DNA from: Chloroflexota bacterium
GTDB lineage: Bacteria > Chloroflexota > Dormibacteria > CF-121
Assembly (NCBI GenBank): GCA_005881715.1
Contig: VBEE01000035.1
Location: 12,260-76,259, forward strand
Length of the DNA stretch: 64,000 nucleotides
Reading direction: 5' to 3'
Shown here: piece after piece, positions 46,092-54,947 of the stretch
How the letters are laid out: the number at the start of each line of letters is the position of its first letter
Numbering within the stretch: the first letter of the stretch is position 1
Notes under the pieces: model-generated
Databases searched by the model: none
What the model saw: the letters and a program-made list of their open reading frames with translations, nothing else
Told to the model about the DNA's origin: nothing
Program-made: the position numbers and the translations under genes

Positions 46092-48347
46092 ATGAAGGTT
46101 GGGGTTCGAAGCCTCGCGGCCAAACGACGCCTTGGCATCCTCGCGGCAGTTGCGGCAATCGCCAGTTTCGTCCTCACTGGTGGCTCCGCCTATGCGGTCA
46201 ACCCACCCTTTTTCGATGACCAAGGGGACCAGCTGGTCTCCGGGGCCCTGGACTTCAGAGACGTCAGCGGTGGCACCAATGTCACCGAGTGTCCGCAAGC
46301 CGGATTATCCGGCGACCGGGCTCATCCGCTTGACAAGCGGGCCGGGGACCGAGCCGAGCAAAAGAGCACCGGAAACGACCGGCGCCTGAACCAGGACTTC
46401 GCCTGCTTCCCGCAGGATGAGACGGCCGTCGACCAGAATCCGAAGGCCCCGAGAAACTACCTGGCCGGCGCCAATGACTACCGAATGGGCTGGGGTACGT
46501 CGGGCTTCTACGCCACGACCGACGGCGGCGCCCACTGGTACGACGGGATCACGCCGTTCCCATCGCTGCCGAGCGGCGACAACCTCGACGGCGGCGGCGA
46601 CCCCGTCACGCTCTTCGATCGGGGTGGCGTTGCCTACTACGCCCAGATCAACTTCAACCGGACCGACGACACCAGCGGCGTCTGGGTCAACCGGTCGACC
46701 AACGGCGGCTTCACCTGGACCCGACCGTGCGTCGCGATCGGGCCAATCGGACCGCCGGCGCAGGAGCACGGCGTCTGCGGCGGGGCCGGGGACGTGCGGC
46801 AGCCAGGAGACGGCACTGTCGGTTTCATTCAGGACAACGACAGCACGCTAAATGGAAGCGTGCCGGCCTTCGACAAGGAATGGATCACGGCGGGCCCACG
46901 GCCGGCGGGTGTTGCGGCGACCTGCTTCACCCCATTCACACACACCCCGACGGCGTGTGCCGAGGGGACGGTGGGCACTGACCGGCTGTACGTGACGTAC
47001 TCGCTGTTCTCCGGCGCCGGTAGCGCCCAGATCTTCCTGAGCTACTCGGATGACCAGGCCCGGTCGTGGTCGGCGGCTCGATACATCGCCGGCAGCGGCC
47101 CGTTCTGCTTCTTCTTCGGAGGCAACTGTCGCGACAGCCAGGGCTCGCAGCCGACGGTGAACCCAACGACGGGTCAACTGTGGGTCGGCTTCATCAACGG
47201 CGACACCATCGACGAGGACCAGTACCTGGTCGTAACCTCAACAGACGGCGGCCAGACCTTCTCGCCACCCTCGCGCGTCGACACGCTCTACGACGTCAAC
47301 TTCCCCCGCGGCGTCAACGGTCGCGCCGACTGCACGGCCCGCGGCCAGGGTTCGACCAGGGCGGTCCCGACGAACAGCTGCTTCCGTTACGACCCCATCT
47401 TCAACTCGATAGTCGCCGATAAGCGCGGCGGGGAATTCGCGAACGACGTCTACGTCGTGCTGGCCGACAACCGTAACGGCACGATCCGCGACTCGAACAC
47501 CGACATCTTCCTGTACAAGTCGACCGATGGCGGGAGCACCTGGATCGGACCTAGCCGGGTGAACAACGACCGCTCCGATACGCCGGCAAACCGCGATTGC
47601 GGGCGTCTACCCGAAAGCATCCGTGGTAATGCAGCGAATTGCGTCGAACAGAACTTCGGAGCTGACCAGTTCTTCCCGTTCGTCACGATCACCAACGACG
47701 GCGTGCTAAATGTGACCTTCCATGACCGACGGCTTGACACCGATTCGCCGGTCGCGGGTGGTGCCTGGCCGACAAGCAAGACCGAAGTCGGGAACTACCT
47801 CGTCTGGTACTGGGGCGCGCAATGCAAGATCACCCAGACGCAGACCGTCAGCCAGACCACGACTGGTCCCGTCCCAAGTGGCGCCTCCCAGTGCGTCGCG
47901 CCCGAAGCGGTGGTGAATCCCACAGTGGCGACTGGTTTCAATCCAGGCGCCGGCCCCATCCCCGGCAACGGCCAGAATTCGGCAACCTTGCCGTTCCGCA
48001 ACTTCCAGATCTCCGACCTCGGGACGAATTTCGACTACTCGTTCCGTGCCGGGATCTTCGCCGGCGACTACAGCGGCAACACCTCCGGTCCGACCGTCAA
48101 CGGCGACAGCGACGGCAACCAGGCGATGGCAGTCTGGACCGACGCCCGGAACGGACGCGGTTCCGGCGCCCCGACCTCCTTCCAGCCTGGACGCAACCCC
48201 ATCTGTGAGCAGTCGGACGCGTTCTTCCAGAAGTACAACTCCGAGAATGGTGGCCGTGGCTCGAAGGGCAACGCGAGCGATAGTGATGTCTTCCTGGTCG
48301 CGCCGTGTCCCGGCGACATCCAGGAGAGGGGGATCGGAAACCACTAG
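46092..48347 (+). CDS. Secreted BNR/Asp-box repeat protein (sialidase/glycoside-hydrolase-like beta-propeller)
   Basis: Signal peptide followed by repeated Asp-box motifs 'TTDGGAHW', 'STNGGFTW', 'STDGGQTF', 'STDGGSTW'. Confidence 0.7.
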   Translation: MKVGVRSLAAKRRLGILAAVAAIASFVLTGGSAYAVNPPFFDDQGDQLVSGALDFRDVSGGTNVTECPQAGLSGDRAHPLDKRAGDRAEQKSTGNDRRLNQDFACFPQDETAVDQNPKAPRNYLAGANDYRMGWGTSGFYATTDGGAHWYDGITPFPSLPSGDNLDGGGDPVTLFDRGGVAYYAQINFNRTDDTSGVWVNRSTNGGFTWTRPCVAIGPIGPPAQEHGVCGGAGDVRQPGDGTVGFIQDNDSTLNGSVPAFDKEWITAGPRPAGVAATCFTPFTHTPTACAEGTVGTDRLYVTYSLFSGAGSAQIFLSYSDDQARSWSAARYIAGSGPFCFFFGGNCRDSQGSQPTVNPTTGQLWVGFINGDTIDEDQYLVVTSTDGGQTFSPPSRVDTLYDVNFPRGVNGRADCTARGQGSTRAVPTNSCFRYDPIFNSIVADKRGGEFANDVYVVLADNRNGTIRDSNTDIFLYKSTDGGSTWIGPSRVNNDRSDTPANRDCGRLPESIRGNAANCVEQNFGADQFFPFVTITNDGVLNVTFHDRRLDTDSPVAGGAWPTSKTEVGNYLVWYWGAQCKITQTQTVSQTTTGPVPSGASQCVAPEAVVNPTVATGFNPGAGPIPGNGQNSATLPFRNFQISDLGTNFDYSFRAGIFAGDYSGNTSGPTVNGDSDGNQAMAVWTDARNGRGSGAPTSFQPGRNPICEQSDAFFQKYNSENGGRGSKGNASDSDVFLVAPCPGDIQERGIGNH

Positions 48348-48360
48348 ATCCTACGGCCGG

Positions 48361-48627
48361 TTGTTCCTGACCCGACTCGAAAAACAGAGAGCCTCCTCGG
48401 CGGGAGGCTCTCTGTTCAGACCGATCCTGATCCTGCTTGCATTCGCCTGGATCCTCGCCTCCTGCGGCCGGGTGGCGCCCGGTGGCATCAATCCGCCGAG
48501 TTCGGCGCCGGCCGCAACCAGCACGCCGCTCCAGACGCCGGCCTCAACTGACCGTTGCACGGCTGGCGTCTCGGCCAGTGGTTCTGGCAAGCCGAATGCG
48601 TTGCCGCCCGGCTGCATGCCTCAGTAG
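48361..48627 (+). CDS. Putative small Cys-containing lipoprotein (TTG start)
   Basis: In-frame TTG 14 nt after the upstream stop. Predicted signal 'RPILILLAFAWILASCG' with lipobox. The C-terminus '...DRCTAG...SGK...PPGCMPQ' is similar to the convergent lipoprotein on the opposite strand. There is no convincing Shine-Dalgarno and a strong hairpin lies inside the ORF, so this call is low-confidence. Confidence 0.3.
   Translation: MFLTRLEKQRASSAGGSLFRPILILLAFAWILASCGRVAPGGINPPSSAPAATSTPLQTPASTDRCTAGVSASGSGKPNALPPGCMPQ
48383..48416 (+). terminator. Perfect 14-bp stem hairpin (aacagagagcctcc-tcggcg-ggaggctctctgtt); possible terminator of the BNR gene or mRNA structural element
   Basis: Seen directly in the sequence 36 nt downstream of the BNR-protein stop. 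There is no U-tract after it. Confidence 0.35.
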
Positions 48628-48661
48628 GGGCGAGGTCGAGGCCAGCCCGGCCGAGCAGGGC

Positions 48662-49018
48662 TTACTCGGGCAGGCAGAGCGGAACGGGAAACTGCTTGCC
48701 CGAGGTGGAGCTGGCGCCGCGAGGGCTCACCCCGCCGGCCGCGGAGCCGTCCGTACAACGATCGGGAGGAGCGACCGGCTGGACCACGTTCGGCGTTACC
48801 GTCCCCGGGCGTGCAACGCTAGCTGGTGACGGACGGGCACCCTTGGTAATCGGGGGGTTGACGCGATTGACCTCCGAATCGGCGTTCGCGGCCTGGATGG
48901 CCTGGACGGCGCCAGCGTTCGCCGACTCGCGCATGTTGGTCGAGCCGGTCGAGCCGGCCGCGGTTCCGCACGCCGTCAGCACCGCCGCCGAGATCAGGAT
49001 CGCCGGAAGCCGCTTCAC
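48662..49018 (-). CDS. Small low-complexity lipoprotein
   Basis: With a GTG start the translation is 'MKRLPAILISAAVLTACG' (lipobox LTAC), followed by a Gly/Ala/Pro-rich body ending '...PPDRCTDGSAAGGVSPRGASSTSGKQFPVPLCLPE'. Confidence 0.5.
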   Translation of the reverse strand: MKRLPAILISAAVLTACGTAAGSTGSTNMRESANAGAVQAIQAANADSEVNRVNPPITKGARPSPASVARPGTVTPNVVQPVAPPDRCTDGSAAGGVSPRGASSTSGKQFPVPLCLPE

Positions 49019-49069
49019 TGCACCTTTATAACGGAGCAATCACCCTTGACTCACGGCTTGGACGGAGCG

Positions 49070-50101
49070 TCAAATCGCGGCCGCCTTGACCTGGGCGCTC
49101 AGTCGGCCGGCCAGGGGATCGACGCCGCAGGCCTCGCGCAGGGCGCGCTCGATGTAAACCCGGGTCATCCGCTTGCGCCAGTAGTGGCTCAGGTCGGTGT
49201 TATCCAGGGGCCGCGCCGGTTTATCAGCCGCATCGGCCACCTCGGCGATCAACGCGTCATCGGGACGCCTCCCATTGAGTGGCGCGAGAAAAGCCGTGAT
49301 CTCGACGGGGCGTGACCCGACCGCGCCGAGCGCACCGCGGGCCGCCCGCACCATCCCATCGTCCCAGCTGAGCGCGACCGCCACTCCGAGGATCGGGAAG
49401 TCGAATGCCGGCCGGCGACGCAGCTTCCAGTACGCGCTGGTCATCCGTGCTTCCGACCCCGGAACCTCCACAGAGACGATCACCTCATCGGCGCGCTTGG
49501 TCGTGTAGTCGATGCCGTCATCCTTGTAGAGTTCGTGGGCGCGAACCCGACGGTCGCCGCCGACGCCGTGCAAGGTGACGGTGGCGTCGAGGGCAAGCGC
49601 AACCGGCGCGCTGTCCGACGATGAGACCGCCCAGCAGCGGGGCGAGCTGCGCGCCACGAGACAGATGTCGCCATCTTTCTTGAGGCAGAAGCCGGCGGCT
49701 TTCCTCCAGCTATAGGTCTGGTTGTAGTAGTTGCAGCGCGGGTCGACGAGCAGGTTGCCGCCGAGGGTTCCCATACAGCGGACCTGCGGGGTGGACACCT
49801 GGTCGCACGCCTGGGCGAGCGCGCGATAGGCGCCGTCGAGCGCGGGATGGTGAGCCAGCTCATCGAGGGTCACGCCGGCCCCGATGGTCACCCCGCGTTC
49901 GCCGTCGCCGTCGATCAACCGCATGCCAGGAAGCGCGTTCAGGCTGATCAGCGCGGGCACATCGAACTGCCGGCGCTTCAGATTCGGCACCAGGTCCGTC
50001 CCGCCTGCGATAAACATCGACCCGGGATTGGACGACGCCATGGCCGACGCCTCCTCCACCGATCTCGGTCGCAGGTAGCGCAGGCGCGGCAGCCGCAACA
50101 C
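49070..50101 (-). CDS. Molybdenum hydroxylase FAD-binding (medium) subunit, CoxM/XdhB-like
   Basis: 'FIAGGTDLVPNLKRR' and 'GTLGGNLL' FAD-binding motifs. Last gene of the S-L-M operon. Confidence 0.8.
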   Translation of the reverse strand: MLRLPRLRYLRPRSVEEASAMASSNPGSMFIAGGTDLVPNLKRRQFDVPALISLNALPGMRLIDGDGERGVTIGAGVTLDELAHHPALDGAYRALAQACDQVSTPQVRCMGTLGGNLLVDPRCNYYNQTYSWRKAAGFCLKKDGDICLVARSSPRCWAVSSSDSAPVALALDATVTLHGVGGDRRVRAHELYKDDGIDYTTKRADEVIVSVEVPGSEARMTSAYWKLRRRPAFDFPILGVAVALSWDDGMVRAARGALGAVGSRPVEITAFLAPLNGRRPDDALIAEVADAADKPARPLDNTDLSHYWRKRMTRVYIERALREACGVDPLAGRLSAQVKAAAI

Positions 50102-52456
50102 CTACTTACCCTTCCACTCTTCCGGGACTTCGGCCTTGATCAAGGGCGGAAAGCTGAAGGTCGGCACTGATTTCGGCCCGACTCGCCTGTCCCGCTCGTT
50201 CAGGGCTTTTAGCACCTTTTCCGGCGTGATCGGGATCTCATCGATGCGAATGCGCAGCGCGTCGTACACGGCGTTGGCCACCGCCGGGATCACCGGCAGC
50301 AGCGGTCCCTGCCCCGCCTCCTTCGCGCCAAACGGCCCCTCGCGATCGATGGTCTCAACCAGGTAGGTGTGCATGACCGGCGCCTCCAGCGCGGTCGGGC
50401 TCTTGTACTCGAGCAATGAAGGGAACTTGTGTAATCCGAGGCGGAACGTCTGCTCTTCCATCAATGCCTCGCCCAGGGCCATGTAGACGCTGCCCTCCAC
50501 CTGGCCGATGACCAGCATGGGGTTGATGGCGCGGCCGACATCGTGAGCGATCCAGACCTCGGGGACCTTGACTTCACCAGTCTTGAGGTCGCAGTCGACC
50601 TCGACCACCGCCGCCGAGTACGAATACGCTGGGCTGGGACCGACCCCGGATCCCTTGTACGGTCCGGCGAGATTGGGGGGCGTATAGCTGCCGCTGCCGG
50701 TTACCACCCCGCCTTGCGCTTCGGCGCGCTGCACGGCCTGGGCGAAGGTCAGCCCATCGGCAGGCCGGTCGCTGCGGTAGATCCGGTGGTCGCGCGCCGT
50801 GAGGTCAGCGGCGTCGCAATGCAGGGCGTTGGCAACAGCCCGGAAGAGCCGGTCGCGCACGCTTTCCGCAGCGGCCTTCGCGGCATTGCCGGCCATGAAC
50901 GTCACCCGCGAGGAGTAGCTGCCGAGATCGATCGGCGTGAGGTCGGTGTCTCCCGTGCTCAGCTGGATATCGTCGAGGGCAACCCCGAGGACTTCGGCCA
51001 CGATCGCCGCCAGGATGTGGTCCGACCCCTGGCCGATGTCGATCGCCCCACAGAGCAGAAGGACACCGCCATTTCGGTCGAGCTTGAGCTGGACCTCGGA
51101 GTGGGGCATGTCGTTCCAATAGATGGCGGTGCCCGCGCCGCTCAGGTAGGAACTGACGGCAAAGCCGAGGCCACGCCCCTTCGGCATCGAGGTTCGGCGC
51201 CGGAGAAAGCCGGAGCCGTCGACAACCTTATTAATACAGTCCTCAAGCCCGCAGCTCGTGATTCGCAGCCAGTTGACGGTGCGCGAGTCGGGTGCCGGCA
51301 GGTTGCGCCGGCGCAGCTCGACCGGATCGACCCCGAGCTCTTCAGCGGCTTTGTCGAAATGGATCTCCAGCGCAAACCGCGGCTGCGGTGTGCCGTGCCC
51401 GCGCTTCGGGCCGCAGGGCGGCTTGTTGGTGAAGAGCCGCACGGCTTCGAACCGGTATCGGGGGATGGCGTAGGTGGTCGCCTGCAGGGCGCCCGTGTAG
51501 TAGGTACTTGCGACGCCGTAGCTGCCGTAGCCGCCGCCATCGAGGAAGCTCTGAAATTGCATGGCGGTAATCCGACCGCCGCGTGTGAACCCTGTCTTGA
51601 CCTTCATTAGCACCGGGTGGCGGCCTCGATGGGCGTAGAAAACCTCCTCACGGGTAAGGGTGATCTTGACGGGGCGCCCGGTCGCCATGGCGAACTTGGC
51701 GGCGACGAGCTCGTGCGAGAAGATGTCGCTCTTCCCGCCGAATCCTCCCCCGTTGGGGGTGGCGATCACGCGGATGCGACTCATCGGCAGCTCGAGTACC
51801 TTGCCCAGCGCGCGATGCACGTAGTGCGGGGTCTGCGACGAAGTCCAGAGCGTGAGCTTGCCGTCAGCGGCATACTGGGCGACCGCGGCGTGCTGCTCCA
51901 TCGGGAGATGTGTGTTGCCTTCGAAGAACACCGTGTCTTCTCGAACGTACTCAGCGACACGCATGGCGGCGTCGGTGTCGCCGAACTCCAGGGCCACGGC
52001 CTTGTGCACGTTCGAGCTGCCGTGGATCGGCTCGCCCTGGGCCGCAAGCGCCTCCTGGATCGACATCGCATGCGGCAGCTCCGTAAACTGCACGTCGATC
52101 AAGCCAAGCGCCTCGTCGGCGATCCACTCGTCAGTGGCGGCCACGGCCGCGATCGGATCGCCCACGTACCGAACTTTCTCGCGGGCGAGCGCCTCCTCGT
52201 CCTGGCTGACCGGGAGGATACCGAACTTTACCGGTAGGTCATCTCCGGTGAGGACGGCCAGCACTCCGGGAAGTTCTCGCGCTGCGCTTGTATCGACGCG
52301 CAAAACACGGGCGTGGGGATACGGACTACGCAGGATCCGGCCGAACAGCATTCGCGGCAGGGACAGGTCGTCGGCGAACTTTGTCTGGCCGCTGACTTTG
52401 GCGTAGGCGTCGGGTTTGGTCAGCGACTTGCCTACGACGGAAAATGCCTCAGCCAT
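50102..52456 (-). CDS. Molybdenum hydroxylase molybdopterin-binding large subunit (XDH/CoxL family; not form I CODH)
   Basis: 784-aa aldehyde oxidase/xanthine dehydrogenase family large subunit. I find no 'AYRCSFR' active-site loop. Confidence 0.85.
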   Translation of the reverse strand: MAEAFSVVGKSLTKPDAYAKVSGQTKFADDLSLPRMLFGRILRSPYPHARVLRVDTSAARELPGVLAVLTGDDLPVKFGILPVSQDEEALAREKVRYVGDPIAAVAATDEWIADEALGLIDVQFTELPHAMSIQEALAAQGEPIHGSSNVHKAVALEFGDTDAAMRVAEYVREDTVFFEGNTHLPMEQHAAVAQYAADGKLTLWTSSQTPHYVHRALGKVLELPMSRIRVIATPNGGGFGGKSDIFSHELVAAKFAMATGRPVKITLTREEVFYAHRGRHPVLMKVKTGFTRGGRITAMQFQSFLDGGGYGSYGVASTYYTGALQATTYAIPRYRFEAVRLFTNKPPCGPKRGHGTPQPRFALEIHFDKAAEELGVDPVELRRRNLPAPDSRTVNWLRITSCGLEDCINKVVDGSGFLRRRTSMPKGRGLGFAVSSYLSGAGTAIYWNDMPHSEVQLKLDRNGGVLLLCGAIDIGQGSDHILAAIVAEVLGVALDDIQLSTGDTDLTPIDLGSYSSRVTFMAGNAAKAAAESVRDRLFRAVANALHCDAADLTARDHRIYRSDRPADGLTFAQAVQRAEAQGGVVTGSGSYTPPNLAGPYKGSGVGPSPAYSYSAAVVEVDCDLKTGEVKVPEVWIAHDVGRAINPMLVIGQVEGSVYMALGEALMEEQTFRLGLHKFPSLLEYKSPTALEAPVMHTYLVETIDREGPFGAKEAGQGPLLPVIPAVANAVYDALRIRIDEIPITPEKVLKALNERDRRVGPKSVPTFSFPPLIKAEVPEEWKGK

Positions 52457-52934
52457 CGCTGCCCCTCGACGCCGCCAGCTCGACCGCCTCGAAGATCTTG
52501 AGGTACCCGGTGCAGCGGCAGAGGACGCCGGAAAGCGCCTGCTTGATCATCTCCCGCGAGGGTCGGGGCTCACGGTCGAGGAGCGCCTTGGCGGTCAGCA
52601 GCATGGCCGGCGTGCAGTAGCCGCACTGGGCGGCACCGAGCTCGGCGAAGGCGACCTGAAGCGGATGCGGTTCGCGGCCTCGCGCCATTCCTTCGATGGT
52701 CGTGACCTCGCGGCCTTCCAGATCGAGCGGCATGGCCAGGCACGATAGGAACGGTTTCCCGTCGACCAGCACGCCGCAGGTCGAGCACTCGCCCAGCTCG
52801 CACCCGTGCTTGGTGCCGGTCAGACCCAGATCTTCGCGAAGGACCTCGAGCAGGGTCTTATAGGGCAGCACCATGATCGCGGTGTCTTCGCCATTGACGC
52901 GCAGGCGCACCTCCACCTTGTCCGCGATCGACAC
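52449..52934 (-). CDS. Molybdenum hydroxylase [2Fe-2S] small subunit, CoxS-like
   Basis: 'CELGECSTCGVLVDG' (plant-type 2Fe-2S) and 'CGYCTPAM...CRCTGY' (second cluster). Confidence 0.9.
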   Translation of the reverse strand: MSIADKVEVRLRVNGEDTAIMVLPYKTLLEVLREDLGLTGTKHGCELGECSTCGVLVDGKPFLSCLAMPLDLEGREVTTIEGMARGREPHPLQVAFAELGAAQCGYCTPAMLLTAKALLDREPRPSREMIKQALSGVLCRCTGYLKIFEAVELAASRGSDG

Positions 52935-52954
52935 GTCCCTACTTTACGGGCTGG

Positions 52955-54013
52955 CTAGAACGGGAGGCGCGGAAGCTGAATCTCGACGAGCCGCGGTCTC
53001 GACCGCAGCGGGGGCTCGACCATCGTTGTGCGGGCGCATTCCTCGGGCGCGACTTCGGGCCGAAGCCCGCTGAAGATCGGAAAGCGTAACTGTCCCTTGA
53101 GATCCCACTCACTGAATTTCACAGCGACCACGATTTTGGGCTGGACCCAGCAGATCCGGTCGTCCATCCACCGTGGATCGTCCGGGGCGCTCCCACCGGC
53201 CAGACCGTCCAGCGCCTTGCGCAGGGCTGAAGAGGTGGCATTGTCGAAGCCGCCCACCACCCGACCAGCTGGGTGGAGGGTTCGCCCATCGTAGGTCGCC
53301 ACGATCAGCGCCTCGAGCAGGCGATCGCCGGCCTCAGGAATGAAACCGATGACAACGAAATCCTGGTGGCGGACCGCCTCGATCAGCAACCAGTCCGGGT
53401 GGCGCTGGCCCGCCCGGTAGGGACTGTCGAACCGTTTGGCGATCACCCCTTCAAGGCCCTTCTCTCGCGCCGCGTCGAAAAATGCCAGCCCATCGTCGGC
53501 GACCGGTTCCACCACATAGATTCGCCCAGAAGACTGAAGCAGATCGTTCAGGCGGGGGCGCCGGCGTACGAGCGGCTCTTTCAGCCAGGACCGGCCGCGC
53601 AGGTAAAGGAGGTCGTGGACGACGTACGTGACCGGATGGGCGGCTGCCACGCGGGCCACCGCCTCGGGGCGTGCTGCCTGCTGGCGTCTCGCCAGCGCAA
53701 CCGAATCCGGTCGACCCTCCGGATCGGTCACAATCAGTTCGCCGTCAACAATGGTTTCCGGGGGAAGCAGGTCGGCCAGCACCTGCACCTCGGGGTATCG
53801 TCCGGTCAGGTCCAGCAGGGTTCGGCCCCAGATGCCGACGCGGCCACGGTCGACGGACGCCAGCGCGCGCACACCGTCCCAGGCGACGTCGAAGGCATAG
53901 TCCGCCGAATCGAATGGTGCGGCCGCGGCCATGGGAAGCATCGGCCGCAGGCGGTCGGGCAGGGCCCGCTCGAAGGGCAGGTCGAGCTCAACCGTTTGCG
54001 GACGAGACGGCAT
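52955..54013 (-). CDS. ATP-dependent DNA ligase, LigD ligase-domain-like (stand-alone); motif I lysine replaced by Ala
   Basis: Ligase nucleotidyltransferase motifs: III 'VVHDLLYLRG', IV 'EGVIAKRFDSPYRAGQR', V 'LIVATYDGR...GRVVGGF'. Motif I reads 'FDVAWDGVRAL' where ExKxDGxR is expected. It lies immediately downstream of ku. Confidence 0.8.
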   Translation of the reverse strand: MPSRPQTVELDLPFERALPDRLRPMLPMAAAAPFDSADYAFDVAWDGVRALASVDRGRVGIWGRTLLDLTGRYPEVQVLADLLPPETIVDGELIVTDPEGRPDSVALARRQQAARPEAVARVAAAHPVTYVVHDLLYLRGRSWLKEPLVRRRPRLNDLLQSSGRIYVVEPVADDGLAFFDAAREKGLEGVIAKRFDSPYRAGQRHPDWLLIEAVRHQDFVVIGFIPEAGDRLLEALIVATYDGRTLHPAGRVVGGFDNATSSALRKALDGLAGGSAPDDPRWMDDRICWVQPKIVVAVKFSEWDLKGQLRFPIFSGLRPEVAPEECARTTMVEPPLRSRPRLVEIQLPRLPF

Positions 54014-54038
54014 GCTAGCCGGAATGTACTACGAGATG

Positions 54039-54917
54039 CTATGCCGTGCGACGCCGGGCTGCGGGGCGGGCCGCCGAGGTTTTGGCGGCCACCTTGACCT
54101 TTGCGGCTTTCGATGCTGCCGGCCGGGCGGCCGGCTTCTTGCCTTGCTTGGTTGCCTCGACCGATGCCTTCAGCGCGGCCATCAGGTCCATGACGCGGGG
54201 TTCGGGGGCGGCAGCCGGCGTCATCACCTGCAGCCCCTTCATCTTCTGGTCGACGATCTGCTGGAACGCCGCCTTGTAGTCGTCGGTGTAACGCTCTGGC
54301 TGAAAGCTGTCGGTCAGGTTGTCGATCAGGGAAGTCGCCATCGCGACTTCCTTGTCACTGATCTTGACGTTCTGCGGCAGATTGAGCTCCTCGGTCGAGC
54401 GGATCTCGTCGGGCCAGTTGAGGGTGTTGCAGAGTAACGTGCTGCCTTCGACCTGGATCAGGGACAGATGCTCACGATCGCGCAGGGCGATCTTCGCGAC
54501 GGCTACCTTATTGGTATCTTCCAGCGCCCGCTTCAAGAGGAAGAACGGTTTGACCCCGACGTCCTCCGGCTCCAGGTAATACGCGCTCTTGACGTACAAA
54601 CCGAGCGGAACCTCGTTGCGCTCGACGAACTCGACGATGTCGATCGTCTTGGTGGTCTTCAGCGGCAACTTATCGAGGTCTTCTTCGGCGATGATGACGA
54701 ACTGGTTCTTTCCGACCTCGTATCCCTTCAGTACCTCATTGAAGGCCACCACGTGGTCGTCGGTGGGGCAATGCCGTTGCTGCTTGATCGGCAGCTGGCA
54801 ATGGGGGCAGAGCTGCCGGAACGAGACCGCGCTATGTGCCTCGGTGGCGAGGTACATGCGGATCGGGATGGCTACCATCCCGAAACTGATCGCGCCCCGC
54901 CACATCGACCGGGCCAT
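54039..54917 (-). CDS. ku: Ku protein (non-homologous end joining)
   Basis: 'MARSMWRGAISFGMVAIPIRMY' canonical bacterial Ku N-terminus, a Ku core, and a Lys/Ala-rich C-terminal tail. Confidence 0.9.
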   Translation of the reverse strand: MARSMWRGAISFGMVAIPIRMYLATEAHSAVSFRQLCPHCQLPIKQQRHCPTDDHVVAFNEVLKGYEVGKNQFVIIAEEDLDKLPLKTTKTIDIVEFVERNEVPLGLYVKSAYYLEPEDVGVKPFFLLKRALEDTNKVAVAKIALRDREHLSLIQVEGSTLLCNTLNWPDEIRSTEELNLPQNVKISDKEVAMATSLIDNLTDSFQPERYTDDYKAAFQQIVDQKMKGLQVMTPAAAPEPRVMDLMAALKASVEATKQGKKPAARPAASKAAKVKVAAKTSAARPAARRRTA

Positions 54918-54947
54918 GCTGATGCCTCCTTTGCTGAGTTGCCCGGA

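Noticed and set aside
50543-51610. 355-aa plus-strand ORF
   Set aside because: Antisense to the 784-aa Mo-hydroxylase large subunit.
50102-52456. Form I aerobic CO dehydrogenase (coxL)
   Set aside because: No AYRCSFR active-site loop is found in either large subunit. I call them generic xanthine-dehydrogenase-family hydroxylases.
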